A DNA stretch of 35,956 nt. Origin: a virus (taxonomy: Duplodnaviria > Caudoviricetes). The position numbers were made by a program, and so were the translations under genes. The notes under the pieces are model-generated. The model did not search any database and was not told where the DNA came from. It saw only the letters and a list, made by a program, of their open reading frames with translations. Of the stretch, positions 35,551-35,956 are shown piece by piece; position 1 is the stretch's first letter, and each line of letters starts with the position of its first letter. The stretch lies in the IMG/VR virus record IMGVR_UViG_3300042465_003730, positions 1 through 35,956 of that record. One strand, written 5' to 3'.

Positions 35551-35771
35551 CCAAAGAAGACATTATCCGCATGGCGCGGGAGGCGGGGTTTAATGTTGAG
35601 CAAGGATTTTTGCTACGGGTGACGGGTGTTGACGAAGACCTTGAACGCTTCGCCGCCCTTGTTGCAGCAGCAGAGCGTGAGGCGTGTGCCGATGAGTGCG
35701 TAAAACTGGCTGTTGGAGGTGGATTTGCTGCCGACTGTGCCGCCGCCATCAGAGCAAGGGGTGAGCGATGA
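35547..35771 (+). CDS. Hypothetical mini-gene (MTKEDIIRMAREAG…LERFAALVAAAEREACA…AAAIRARGE)
   Basis: Coupled; modular motifs; ends in junction variant GGGTGAGCGATGA. Confidence 0.8.
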   Translation: MTKEDIIRMAREAGFNVEQGFLLRVTGVDEDLERFAALVAAAEREACADECVKLAVGGGFAADCAAAIRARGER

Positions 35772-35956
35772 GGACACCCATGGTCTATTCAGCGACGGAC
35801 ATCAAGTGTTGGGATGTTTCTAAGCAATTGAAAAATGGCTTGTGGGCGCCAGCCAGACCAGAAAGCTGGTCTGGGATCAACATCAAAAAGCGCGTTACGG
35901 CTGCGTGGATGGTGTTTACCGGAAAGGCGGACGTGCTTGTGTGGGGTGAGCAATGA
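35768..35956 (+). CDS. Hypothetical mini-gene (62 aa)
   Basis: Coupled; WAPARP…AWMVFTGKAD; ends in GEQ. Confidence 0.75.
   Translation: MRTPMVYSATDIKCWDVSKQLKNGLWAPARPESWSGINIKKRVTAAWMVFTGKADVLVWGEQ
35830..35956. repeat. Terminal direct repeat, copy 2
   Basis: Identical to 1-127. Confidence 0.95.

Noticed and set aside
788-35749. Minus-strand ORFs in general
   Set aside because: They lie antisense to coupled + strand genes or over structured spacers and show no recognisable domains.

Overview
This window looks like a complete, circularly assembled genome of a tailed dsDNA phage with podovirus-like (P22/HTVC010P-style) organisation. Bases 1-127 equal bases 35830-35956, so the unit genome is about 35,829 bp. 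All credible genes are on the + strand, many joined by ATGA/GTGA stop-start overlaps. Gene order: terminase small subunit, packaging-site-like spacer, serine recombinase, terminase large subunit, an array of ~60-70 aa mini-genes with a conserved 13-nt junction, GT2, small basic proteins, portal, scaffold, major capsid, GT, adaptor, fibre proteins, lysis genes, tail stabilisation protein, ejection proteins, a putative sRNA, RuvC-like resolvase, two GTs, GNAT, HNH, Cas4-like nuclease, SSB-like protein, DegT-like aminotransferase, PglD/NeuD-like acetyltransferase, primase-helicase and an iteron-rich origin candidate. I recognised no DNA polymerase, tyrosine integrase, tRNA or CRISPR array. Most notable: (i) a dispersed phage glycosylation toolkit (four GT-A glycosyltransferases, an amino-sugar aminotransferase, a sugar acetyltransferase) alongside Ser/Thr-rich virion proteins; (ii) mini-gene cassettes bounded by GGGTGAGCAATGA; (iii) a serine recombinase between terS and terL; (iv) a candidate sRNA carrying anti-Shine-Dalgarno motifs; (v) a probable dual-coding overlap. 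All protein calls are from motif recognition by eye, not database searches. A freshwater proteobacterial host is only an inference.
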